64,000 nt of DNA from contig NC_043010.1 of NCBI RefSeq assembly GCF_006345805.1, positions 57,598,001 to 57,662,000 of the forward strand. The letters are read 5' to 3'. The stretch comes from Octopus sinensis. Its lineage: Eukaryota. Below the pieces are notes generated by a model, which saw only the letters and a list, made by a program, of their open reading frames with translations, did not search any database and was not told the origin of the DNA. Shown one piece after another: positions 48,815 through 60,652 of this stretch. Within the stretch, counting starts at the first letter, position 1; every line of letters begins with the position of its first letter. Both the position numbers and the translations under genes were made by a program.

Positions 48815-50799
48815 AATAATAATAATAATAAGAAGAAGAAGAAGAAGAAAAAGAAGAAGAAGAAGAAGAAGAAGAAGAAGAAGAAGAAGAAGAAGAAGAA
48901 GAAGAAGAAGAAGAAGAGAAGAAGAAGAAGCATCAAAGAAAAGCCAAGATAGCAAAAAGACCAAAAAGTCCCTATTTCCTGAGGCCTGTTGGCCAAAAGT
49001 CTGGGAATGACAGGAGAAACAGCTTTATCACCAGTATTACAAATAAATGAAGAAATATTTAGTCTTTTAACAGAAGCAACCAGTAGTACCATTCCATCAG
49101 TGTGTGATATGGAAGAAATAATGGTAAGAGAGGAAAATAAAGAAACTGTTGAGGGAGAACTTTGAAAAAAGAAAGAAAAATAATCTCAGAAAAGAAAAGT
49201 CAAGAGAAAACAATGAAAAGAGGAGAGGAGCAGAAATTTGTTTGAAACAACAACGTTAGACCTCCTCAGGAAAATACGAATGAAGATTGAATGTCCTTTG
49301 GAGAGCAAACAGACAATTAAGTGACAAAATGAAATATCTTTGGTGCCAGGGACGTTCCAAAGAGGTAAAAATAACACAAGTACAATTAAGTGTAGAATAG
49401 AGACAACATGTAAAAGATTGGTCGTTAGTCAAAACAGAACATTCTATAAAGAATTAGAATGTTGGTGTGTTTTTTTTTTAAACACAATCAACTGAAAAAC
49501 TGCTGAGTGGCACTTTTGGATTGACAAGGAAACATTCAGAATATTGGCAGACAAAGATGTAAGATCATCCATTAACATGACCAGAAGTCTCTTATATTTC
49601 CTTCTAATTGTAGCTTGTTTTAATTATTCTGTGGTTTATCAAATTTATTTGTTTTCTCTGAAAATAATTGCACTTTTAAAATCTTAATTCATCTATTTAT
49701 ATAATATGTAAAATATTCGACTCTCTTCTCTTGGTTTTCTATAACATATTCATCACAATCTTCTTTGTAAACCCCGACAGAATATTTAGAATTTTTCAGT
49801 ATCTCTTTAAGCTCTTCTTGCTAATAAAGAAAAGACCACCATCATCATCATCCTCATGATGATCATCATCATCATTCAGGTAGAGAGCTGACAGAATCAT
49901 AAATGTATAACACAAACCATTTAGTAGCATTTTTTAAACTCTATTTTCAGAGTCCAAATGCTGCTGCGGTCAACTTTACCTCACATACTTTCAGGCTGGA
50001 CAACATAGAGTACCACTCAAGTCCTGGGTCAATGTAATCAACTTAACCCTCTCCACAAATTTCCTGGCTTTAGGCCAAAATTTGAAGCACTTCTTTTTCT
50101 TCTTCTTCTTATCATTATTGTTTTCTAGATGTATAAGGCCTCTACCACCTTCGATGCGTTGCATATATATAACCTTTCAAAGTCAGATTTTGGGTGATGC
50201 GTCCTAAATCCTGTCATTATTTTTCTTGTTTTCTTGTCTATTTTGATTAGTTCATTTAGAATCTAGTTAAGAATATTATAGCTGTAACTTATAACTGGGA
50301 TGACTAGAGTGTTGATACCTATTATCTAGTTTTTCGCACTGAGCTCTGTTTATTATTATCATCATTATTATTATTATTGCATTGCATTGAGCTGGCAGAA
50401 TCATTGGCATGCTGAACAAAATGCTGCTTTTTTTTCTGGCTTTATGTTCCAAGTTCAAATTCTTCTGAGGTCGACTTCACCTTTCATCCATTCGGGGTCA
50501 ATAAAATAAGTATCAGTTGAACACTGAAATTGCAGGCCTTGTGCCAAAATTTGAAACTATTGTTATTATCACTTTTGCAGCAAACTGGCAGAATCGGTTA
50601 GCATGTCAGACATAATGCTTCGTGGCATGCCTTCTGTCTTTGCATTCTGAGTTCAAATTCCACCAATGTCAACTTTACTTTCACCCTTTCATGGTTGAGA
50701 AAATAAGCACCAGTTGAGCACTAGAGTTGATGTAATTGCTTAAGCCCCACTTCAAGGATTGTTGCCATAGGTAAAAGGATTATTATTATTATTATTATT

Positions 50800-51076
50800 G
50801 ACCGTGGTGATTGGAAAAAAATGTTTGAACATCAGGAGTAAGTGCTTAATAATATTTTTGCAACTCTTACATTTTTAGTTCCAATGTTGATCAGATTGGC
50901 TTTGCTTTTCTTACGATTCCTGCAGAATACAGGATTGCACTTTTCTGCAGGTCAACAATGCAAATCCCTTTTCCAAAATCCTTCTGCCTCTTTGGCAGCA
51001 GTTTGGGTGTTGTGCCAAGAGCACCAATTACTGCAGGAATAACTGTCATCTTAGTTCTCTTCACTGCTTTGGCTAA
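50800..51076 (-). mobile_element. RLE-type non-LTR retrotransposon extreme 3' fragment
   Basis: Minus strand reads TKMTVIPAVIGALGTTPKLL...VDLQKSAILYSAGIVRK*, the typical C-terminus of R4/Dong-type ORFs. Flanked by (TTA)n on both sides. Confidence 0.7.
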
Positions 51077-51077
51077 G

Positions 51078-51109
<32 letters not shown>

Positions 51110-51165
51110 TATTTTTATATAATTATATATTATATATCATTATTATCATCATTATCATTATTATA

Positions 51166-51198
<33 letters not shown>

Positions 51199-51251
51199 AT
51201 TATATATTATATATTGTTATTACCATCATTATCATTATTATATTATTATTA

Positions 51252-51313
<62 letters not shown>

Positions 51314-51315
51314 GC
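51077..51315. repeat. (TTA)n tract
   Basis: Direct inspection. Confidence 0.95.
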
Positions 51316-52589
51316 TCAGCATTTTATGAATTTAGAGCTTAAACAATAAAAATACACCTAAATTGTTGGTTGTTCTCAAAATGTTACTGAACCATTTATT
51401 CTTTGAAAATTTTTAGGAAATTCTCCACTGATACAAAAATTTAATGAAAATGATTCAAAGTTTCTTCAAAAACCCCATGTAGATGTATCAGAGTTCATTC
51501 TTGTAATGAGGGAATAATGACCAAATTGTCGTTAAAAAGAATCCTTGAATATTTCAAGGAGAAAATCTTTACAAGAAAATGTCTGTACCTTCAACATTGT
51601 GCTTCCATGTCTTGAGTGTTCTAAGCAAGAATTTGGACTGGTGCCAATACTATTAGTTCTCCACTATTATATTATGTTTGAGATTCTTACCAAAGTCCCC
51701 GCTGAATACACTGCAAACCACCATAATTCTGCCAGAATTTATATTGCAGCTGATCAATATATATAGATATATTCCAAGAGAGCCAATTTATAAACACTCA
51801 CTCCCTCTCTCTCTCTCCCTACTCACTTAATCTCTCTCTCCCTTTCTCACACTCTCTCTCCTACTCAATCTGTTTCTTTCTCTTTTTCACCCACACTCTT
51901 TCTTTTCTTTCTTTCTTTCCTTCTTTCTCAACTTCCCTCTTTCTGTCTTTTTCTATTTTTAATTGTCTTTCTCTATGCCCTTCATGATCTCAGGTACTCC
52001 ACCAGAACCACCACCACCACCACTGCCAACACCACTGCTGCTGCCATGATTGCCACAACAACCCCTGACCTCCCACGCTACCATCAATCCATACCCCCAC
52101 AACTATGTGTGCGTGTGTGTGAGTTTAAGAGGAGCAGTATAAAGATGATTAGATTGAAAGGTGGTGAAAGACAAGGTGAGGAGATGGAATTGGTGTACCA
52201 CGATGTGAATGTGTAGGTGGGTGGGTGGCTGTGTTAAATACACACACACACAATGTATATATGTATATACATACACTTGTGCAAAGACATAATTTATCCA
52301 TACAAACAGACACCCAGAATGCCACAACTCAGAGTAATGCTGGATGGCAGGCTTGACATGTGTTGAGCATGAAAGAGTGTGGCCTAATGGTCAAGGTGTT
52401 GGACACTTGATTGTATGGCTGTGATTTCAATTTGCACTCCAGGCAGTACAATGTATTTCTAAACAAAACTATTTATTTCATGTTGTCCCAGCTTTAAAAC
52501 GAGGGTTAACCCATCAGACTTGCTAATTTACTTTCCATAGAAGCTGCAATGGGCCCTGATCTAATGGGTTTGTAGGCTCAAGATAGAAC

Positions 52590-52880
52590 TAAGACTACAC
52601 ATTCCTCTTCTACTACTTATTAAGTCATCTAGTTAACAGAAACTGTCATGTATTTGTAGAGATCCTTCTGAACGATTGAAAGCATTCATTTCATGTGTGC
52701 TCTTATTGCTAAATGCTGTGCATCTGCTGCATATGACACCCTTCTCTGTTAGTCTGCTTCTCATCTTAAGAAATCTCTTGGGTGCCTGTAATTTACACTG
52801 GGAATACAGTCTAGAATTCCTACTAAAACCTCTTTGCAGTATTGAGCATGGCCACTTCATAAAGGACAGCAGAAGCCTGT
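52590..52880 (-). mobile_element. Old RTE fragment (Cys-rich insertion region)
   Basis: ORF 52633-52860 (WPCSI...QCKL...RLTEKGVICSRC...LQIHDSFC) aligns by eye to WPCSIC...KCKLW...RLTRKMVFVCGRC...LEIVDSFR of the large copy. Confidence 0.65.
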
Positions 52881-53084
52881 GTTATTCCTTTTTAACTTAA
52901 GACATTCAATTATTCTAAGAGTCTTTGAATCCAGATTTGGAATTGGAATTTTTCTCTAATGTTTGGACTGATTTGTCTGTGAGAAGGACATCATTGTCGT
53001 GCAGTCGATGCCATGTATTGTTTGCCCTTAACATCTCTGTTACGGGCTAGGGAACCATTAAAATGGAAGAACTGAAGTATTGCA

Positions 53085-54150
53085 GAATATGACTGCACAG
53101 GAAGACAAACACAAAAGAGTGTGAGATTTGGTCCAATGCACAAGTCGATCCGAAGAGGATCTCAAGCACAGTCAGAATATCCTTACATATAGTTTATAAC
53201 ATCGAAATGAGAATGGATGTGGACAATAGTATTCTGAGGAAGACTGGCAGTGGTGGAGCCAACAAGAAGCAGAATTAAGACTTTATCAACAATGTCGAGT
53301 CCAAAATTTATATGGACGCAACCACATCCATGAAGAAGTTGGCTTCTAAATTTGAAGTGGATTCCAAGATCATCAGAACAGCTGGGCCTCAAGTTCTACA
53401 CTAGGACATCAAGACACCAGCTGACAGAACCTATGAAGGTTAGAAGATTGGAGAGATGTGTAAAGATTCTTACATACCACAAGAAGAACGGGTCCACTGT
53501 GAAGACTTTCTCTAATGGAAAGATCTTCACAGGAGATACCATTGTGAACCACAGAAATGACTAGTACATTGCAGAGTCAACAGCTGATGTCAGGGGCACC
53601 TTCAGAACAAAACATCCATCCCTGGTCATAGCCTTTGATGTTGTGCACTATGCTGGAAGAAAGATGCCCATCTACTTCTACAAGCCTGGAGAAAAGGTGG
53701 GCGCTGATGCCTGCTACAAGACACAGATGTACCATGTCTTGCCATGGCTCAAGGCCAACTTCCCAGAGAAGAACTATGTGTGGACCCAAGATGTAGCTCC
53801 CAGGTACAGAATTTCTGAGAATTCAAATTTGTTGCTTTCTGGCCTGTGGACTTCTGATTCTCTTCCAGCCTGGATCTCAGCCTTCTGGACTTTGCTGTGA
53901 GGAGCATACCACCAACAAAAGTTCCCACCCCAACATCAACTCTCTAAAAGTGGGCAAGGATGTCCAGTGACTTCATGGTGAAGAGTTGTGGAGGTCATAA
54001 TTGCAAACAATGGAAGCCACATAGATTAAATTCTTTGTTTTGTAATAAAATTTGAATGTTTTTTTACCTGTTTTTGAATTACTAAACCTACAAATGTGCA
54101 ATGAGAGAGTTTCAAATGTTACAGCTATTCTGCAAGTTTTGCTTCCTCAC
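53085..54150 (+). mobile_element. Tc1/mariner (DD37D/maT-like) transposase remnant, near full-length but decayed
   Basis: ATG at 53089, HTH-like region, RRLERC, FSNGKIFT.D..VNHRND, KMPIYFYKPGEKV, VLPWLKANFPEKNYVWTQD.AP, and a degenerate WP.SSPDL..LD. Confidence 0.85.
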
Positions 54151-54180
54151 CATCTGTATATATATGCGCGTGTGCGCATA

Positions 54181-54218
<38 letters not shown>

Positions 54219-54257
54219 CACACACACATATATATATACACATACATATATACATAC

Positions 54258-54304
<47 letters not shown>

Positions 54305-54524
54305 TATTACATACACATATATTATACATACAAATACATACATATATATGTGTGTGTGTGTGTGTGAGTATATATATGTGTGTATGTATGTATGTGTATA
54401 TATAATATATATATATATAATATATACACACACACACGCATTCATATATATATATAGTCACATTTGAATAGAAGCAAACTGAATTACCTTTTATAAACCA
54501 CCACCACCACCATCAACATGTCAT

Positions 54525-54564
<40 letters not shown>

Positions 54565-55017
54565 AAAAAGAGAAAAGGGAGAGAGAGAGAAAAAGAAAGG
54601 AAGAATGTAGAGCCTTCTCCTCCCCCTTAAATTAATATATGATTGATATTCTGTTGTTATTGTCACATCCCCCACCCTGTCCCCACTTCACCCCTAAACC
54701 CCTTCCCTTCACTCGCCCAACCCCTTACAACATAGACCAATGACTTCCGACAGAAATAGCCTGGAGCTTAGTTCAAATCCTTGCTTCTCATTTATTATTA
54801 GTCTCCACTGTCAAATATTATACACGCATATACACACAGCAGTTTACCCCGCAGGCTTATTGAGGTATGTATACATGCCTCCGTCTGTGTATGTATGGGC
54901 ATGCACGTATGTGTGTGCTTAGCTCATGCATACATATACATCTGTATACACATAAAACATGTGCATGAAGGCATATGTACTACAGAATACATGCCTGCAA
55001 ACATAAATGTAGGAGTG

Positions 55018-55049
<32 letters not shown>

Positions 55050-55085
55050 GATATATGTATATATATATTGTAATATATGTATATA

Positions 55086-55116
<31 letters not shown>

Positions 55117-55159
55117 TAGATATATATATTATGTTATAATATATGTATATATATATATG

Positions 55160-55191
<32 letters not shown>

Positions 55192-55259
55192 ATATATATA
55201 TGTATATATATATATGTATATATAGATAGTATATATATATGTATATATATATATGTATG

Positions 55260-55306
<47 letters not shown>

Positions 55307-55650
55307 GTATATATATATTATATGTGTGTATTATATATATATAATACATATATAATACACACACACCACGTACACATTTATATATGTACATACCTACATA
55401 CACATACACATATTTCTGCATACATATATATACACATATATGCAGAGTAAGTATAAACTGAAGCTATTCTACACGCCCCACCCCACCCCACCCCAGCTGC
55501 CAACCGAATTCATGGAAACCACATTTCCATTCTCTACTTATTCTTCCACTACATTTCAATACCCAGATGGCACAGAGGGCTTGGTCCTCTTGTCACTATA
55601 ATTTAACCACACACACACAAGCGCACCACACACACACACACACACATGTA

Positions 55651-55712
<62 letters not shown>

Positions 55713-55914
55713 CATTATATACATGATATATACATATATATATATATACATACATATATATATACTACATACATATATACATACATACATGCATACATAT
55801 GCATGCATGTATGTATGTATGTATAACTGCTTATATGTATATGCAGAGAGAGTTATTGATTGATATGTACTGATTAAAAGAATTGTAATTATTATATATG
55901 TATACACACACACA

Positions 55915-55960
<46 letters not shown>

Positions 55961-56949
55961 ATAATATATATATATATATATATACATACACACACATCAT
56001 AAAGAAGAATAGAAAATCATACATCTTCAAAATTTGTATATTACATCATTATTTCCATTGTATTTCAATCCTACACGTGTTTCTGTTGCATAATTGCCCT
56101 GATGTCCTTTGATGTAGCATTTAAGTGCATTTAGTTGGTTCCGTTGCAATACATATTCTTCCAGGGCAGACATTCCTACAAAGCTTTGTTCAAGGTTTTA
56201 CCCATGCATGTAGGAGGGGTGTTAATAAATTACCTGTTCAGAATCCAAGTCCCTACTCTTTTACAACATATAATGACATGTCCTCTTGGCCTGGTGCCAT
56301 TGCACCATTGCTCTCTGCTTGCTGCTGACCTGGGTGTTCCACCAAGACTTAACAAGAAAACTGTTCCCTTACTCTACCCCAACAAACCAATCTACATCTC
56401 TTTCTCACATTTCCTCCTTCATTCCCTATGCCTAGCTCTGACACCCCAATCCTGTCCTCACACCCCTGTTCCTCTGTATCACTGCTATCTCATAGCCCCT
56501 CCAACTCTATATATACCCAGGTCTTTTGCCACTTATTCACACTCTTTAATTGCACTCCCTTTGCAACACCCTTTCACTTATATTATGGCATTTGAACCTC
56601 AAGGCTATACCCTTGCACTTGCCACTATCTGTATCTCTTCTTTTACTCAGCCATCTCATTTATACTCTGATCCCCATTCTTTGTGAGTATGCCCGCATCT
56701 CCATCCTGCAGTCTCCCACTTTCTCCCTCTTTTTCTCCTGCACTTCCCTCAGGTTTGGCAACCATGTATTTTCTTTGTGGTAGCACACCTGTTTCTGTCT
56801 TCATTCTTGATCTTTCTCTCTCTGTCCAGGTAACCTTGTACTTCCTCTACAGCAAGACACCTGTATCTGTCTCACTCTAACCTTTTCATCATCACTTCCT
56901 ATGCCTCCTCCCCTCTTAAAAATGTTTGTCTTGCAAGTACTTGGTAACC

Positions 56950-57238
56950 CTGTCAGTGCAGGTGCCACTTAAAAGCATCCAGTCCTCATTGTAAAGTGGT
57001 TGGTGCTCAGAAGGGTATCCAGCCGTAAAAACCTTGCCAAAATTGACCTCGCCTGTGCTTGTGCCACGTAAAGAGCACCAAGTCCACTCTACTGAGTGGT
57101 TGGTATTAGGAAGGGCATCCATCTGTAAGAATCCTGCCAAAACAGTTACAGAAGTCTGGTGCAGGCTTTGGCCTGGTTGGCTCTTTTGGTACTGTCCCAC
57201 CCATACTAGCATGGAATGCAGACGTTAAATGATGATGT
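56950..57238 (+). mobile_element. RTE 3' UTR copy with internal duplication
   Basis: Two consecutive aaaagca...gaagggYatcc...gtaa modules, then ccatactagcatggaatgcagacgttaaatgatgatg. Confidence 0.75.
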
Positions 57239-57249
57239 ATTTATATATA

Positions 57250-57280
<31 letters not shown>

Positions 57281-57304
57281 TATAAGTGTGTGTGTGTGTA
57301 TATG

Positions 57305-57346
<42 letters not shown>

Positions 57347-58453
57347 GCATACATACACACAAATTTGTATACCTATACAGAGACACTCACATAATATATG
57401 AGTGCATGTATGCTGGTGGGCAGTTGAGTAATGTTGCTGCAGAGTTCGACCAATCAGATTTCATTCTTCTGTAAATTTGCTAACTGACCAATTGTCTGTC
57501 TCCTTTCTGCCAGTGACCAATCAAAGTACATGAGAGACTTGGAATAGATTGGTTTCCCATTATAGGCACAAGGCCAGTAGGTTTGCTTCTTGATTGGTTC
57601 TTATTTCATTGAGCCAAAAATGCTTGAAAGGGAAAGTGGACCTCAGTGGAATTTGAACTCATAACCTAAAGATGGATGAACTGCTGCTAAGCGCTTTGCC
57701 CAGCATCTTTCTGATTCTGGCAGGTTGCTGTCTCAGACCAGGAAGCTATTGCTAACTGTCATCATATCTGTCCTGAATCTATAAAAACGGGACTAAACTA
57801 CTGTGAGTCTTTGATGTGATGTGGTGGTGTTTATTCTGATCAGTGTCGCCAATTTATATAGACGCCATGCCAATCGATTTCATGACTGGAAGTTAATATA
57901 TGACCACCACCACCAACACCATCACTAACACCACCACCAACAACAACAATAACAACATTGTCACTGCCGCCACCACCACCACCACCACCACCTCCATGAC
58001 CATTACTGCTATTATCACCCCCACCACCATCATCATCAGTATCACCAAAACAGCTGGGATATTTAATGACATCCAACTCTACCTTCCCCCAGCCTCCTGC
58101 TCCACTATCACCCACACCACCTCGCATGTACACTACTACCCCCACCACTATTATTCACACCACCCTGTTGGTATTGTTGATACCATATCTACTAGAATTA
58201 CAATTATAACTGTTGTTACTCTTATTATCAAATGGTCCCCTACACAGATGGTTTACACTTGGAATGTGTGTCCTTCACACCAGGTCACATCCAGCTTCCT
58301 GAGATACTGAGAACTATTATTAAGATGGCAAACTGCCAGAATTCTTAGCGCGTTTGATAAAACATTTGGCAGCATTTCTTCTGGCTCTTAACATTCAGGG
58401 TTCAAATTCTGTTGTGGTCAACATTGCCTTTCATCATTTTGGGACTGATAAAG

Positions 58454-59426
58454 TAGAAGGTGCATTCCAGAAGTTATGAGACTTCTTAAGAGGTGAGGTG
58501 TGGGAGGGAGAGGACACCAGAGGTGGTGGAGAGAATTTGCAATCTTCTGGATGAAGACCATCATGTGTCTGTAAAGACAATAAGCCAACAGTTTGGAATT
58601 GGTACAGCAACTGTACACAGAATTATTCAGAAAGATCTGACCATGTGTGAAATTTGAGCAGAGTTTGTTCCAAAGGTACTCAGCGATGAACAGAAGGAAA
58701 GACGCATTGGGGACAACAGGAGATGGTTGAGCTCATTATCTCCACTCTAAGGGTTCTTCAATCTCTGGTGACCTACGATGTCAGCTGGCTCTATTATTAT
58801 GATCCAAAGGTCAAGAGATATAATGTCCAATGGACGCATCCTGGCTGCCCCAGACCCAAGGAGACCAGGAAAAGCAAGTCCACCTAGGAAGCTCATGATG
58901 ATCCCCTTATTTGACAGCATCATCTAAATCCACTGGGTTCCCACTGGTCAAACGATCAACAAATTGTGGTTTGTGGAGGTTTTGAGAGGGTTCAGGAAGA
59001 GATTTTGGTACAAAAGGTCAGAACTCTTCCACTTAGGTTGGTGGTACCAGCACCAGGACAATGCACCAGTCCCCAATTCCATCCTGGTAACCCCCTACTT
59101 GACAGAGGTGGGCATCAAAACTGTCCCTTACCATTCCTACAGTCAAGACTTGCTCTCTCTGACTTTTGGTTGTTCTCCAAGTTGAAAGAAAACCTCAGCA
59201 ACAGCTTGGTTTGAAGATATTGTGAAGATGAAGGAGGCTGTGACAAGGGTCCTAGACACCTTCCCTTTGGACGACTTCCATGGGGCCTTCATGAAGTAGC
59301 TGGAGTGCTACAAGTGCTTTGAAGTCAGAGGATCATACTTTGAAGGGGATCAGAGTTTTGTATTTATTTGAAATTAATAAATGTCACTCCTGAAAATGTC
59401 TCAAATCTTCTGGTAAACACCTTGTA
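58454..59426 (+). mobile_element. Mariner (DD34D-type) element, decayed, with imperfect TIRs and TA ends
   Basis: FVPKVL, HQDNAPVPNSILVT.YLTEVGIKTVP, YSQDL..SDFWLFSKLKE. The terminal 29 nt match 23/29 as inverted repeats (tagaaggtgcattccagaag vs tacaaggtgtttaccagaag). Confidence 0.85.
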
Positions 59427-60169
59427 AACTACATCAAGCTGGCAGAATCAGTTGCAGCCTGGGCAAATAGCTTAATGGCATTTTGTCTATCTTTATGTTC
59501 TGAGTTTTAAATTCCACCAAGGTTGACTTTACCTTTCATATTTTTGGGGTCAATAAAATAATTAGCAGTTGAGCACTAGGGGCAATGTAACTGACTTGGC
59601 CCCCACCCCAAAATTTCTGGCCTTGTGTCCCAAATACGAAACCAAGACAGAATCATTAGCAGGCTGGGCAAAATGGACAGCAGCATCTCATCTGTTTTTA
59701 TGCTCTGAGTTCAAATTCTGCCAAGGTCGACTTTGCTTTTCATCCTTTTGGGGGTCGATAATATAAGTACCAGTTGTATACTGGGCTGATGTAATCGACT
59801 TCCCCCCTCCCTCAAAATTTCAGGCCTTGTGCTTATAACAGAAAGGATTATTATTATTTTGGTTTCTCTCAGGTTGGGTGTTATTCCTGATAAGGATTAT
59901 GTGGATAGCAGTTTACTGCCTGTAACTTTAGGTATCCACAGGTTTTCAGCTGTCTTTCAAGTGCTTTGAACCCTTCTGATAATCCTTACTGTCCCTGACA
60001 GACCAACTTTTTGTAGGAGCTCTACCGGGCATTCTAATTCAATCTCTTTCAACCATTTGTCTATAGCTTTATTTACTGTCTCCAACACACTGATTATTTG
60101 AGGCTTGACCTTTACTTTATTTACATTATTTACATTTGACAGATATTTGTCCTCATCTTGTTTGTTGTT

Positions 60170-60215
60170 AACACAATGTTTCAGTTGATATACCCTCCAG
60201 CCTTCATCAGGTGTC
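60170..60215 (-). ncRNA. Minimal type I hammerhead ribozyme motif (mutated), mirror copy
   Basis: Minus strand reads GACAC CTGATGA A GGCTG..CAACT GAAAC ATT GTGTT. Confidence 0.7.
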
Positions 60216-60264
60216 TTGGGGAAATTTCAAACCTGGGTTCTTATTCCTAAGGTATTTTTCAATG

Positions 60265-60303
<39 letters not shown>

Positions 60304-60495
60304 TATTATTATTTAGGTCACTGCTTGGAATTGAATATGGAATCTTAAGGTTAGTAGCCCGCACTCTTAACCCTTACGCCATATGCCCATGGGCATATGG
60401 TGCAGTGGTTAAGAGCGCAGGCTACTAACTCCAAGATGCCGAGTTTGATTCCAAGCAGTGACCTGAACAATAATGATGATGATGATGATGATGAC

Positions 60496-60554
<59 letters not shown>

Positions 60555-60606
60555 CAACATCAAAAAATACCTTAGGAATGACAACCCAGGTTCAAAATTT
60601 TGCCAA

Positions 60607-60652
60607 GACACCTGATGAAGGCAGGAGGATATATCAGCCGAAAAGTTGTGTT
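60607..60652 (+). ncRNA. Minimal type I hammerhead ribozyme motif (mutated)
   Basis: GACAC CTGATGA A GGCAG..CAGCC GAAA a GTT GTGTT. Confidence 0.7.

Noticed and set aside
56100-56900. 183-aa ORF 56135-56686 and pyrimidine-rich block
   Set aside because: Pro/Leu/Ser-rich composition typical of an antisense or decayed repeat, with no motif recognised.
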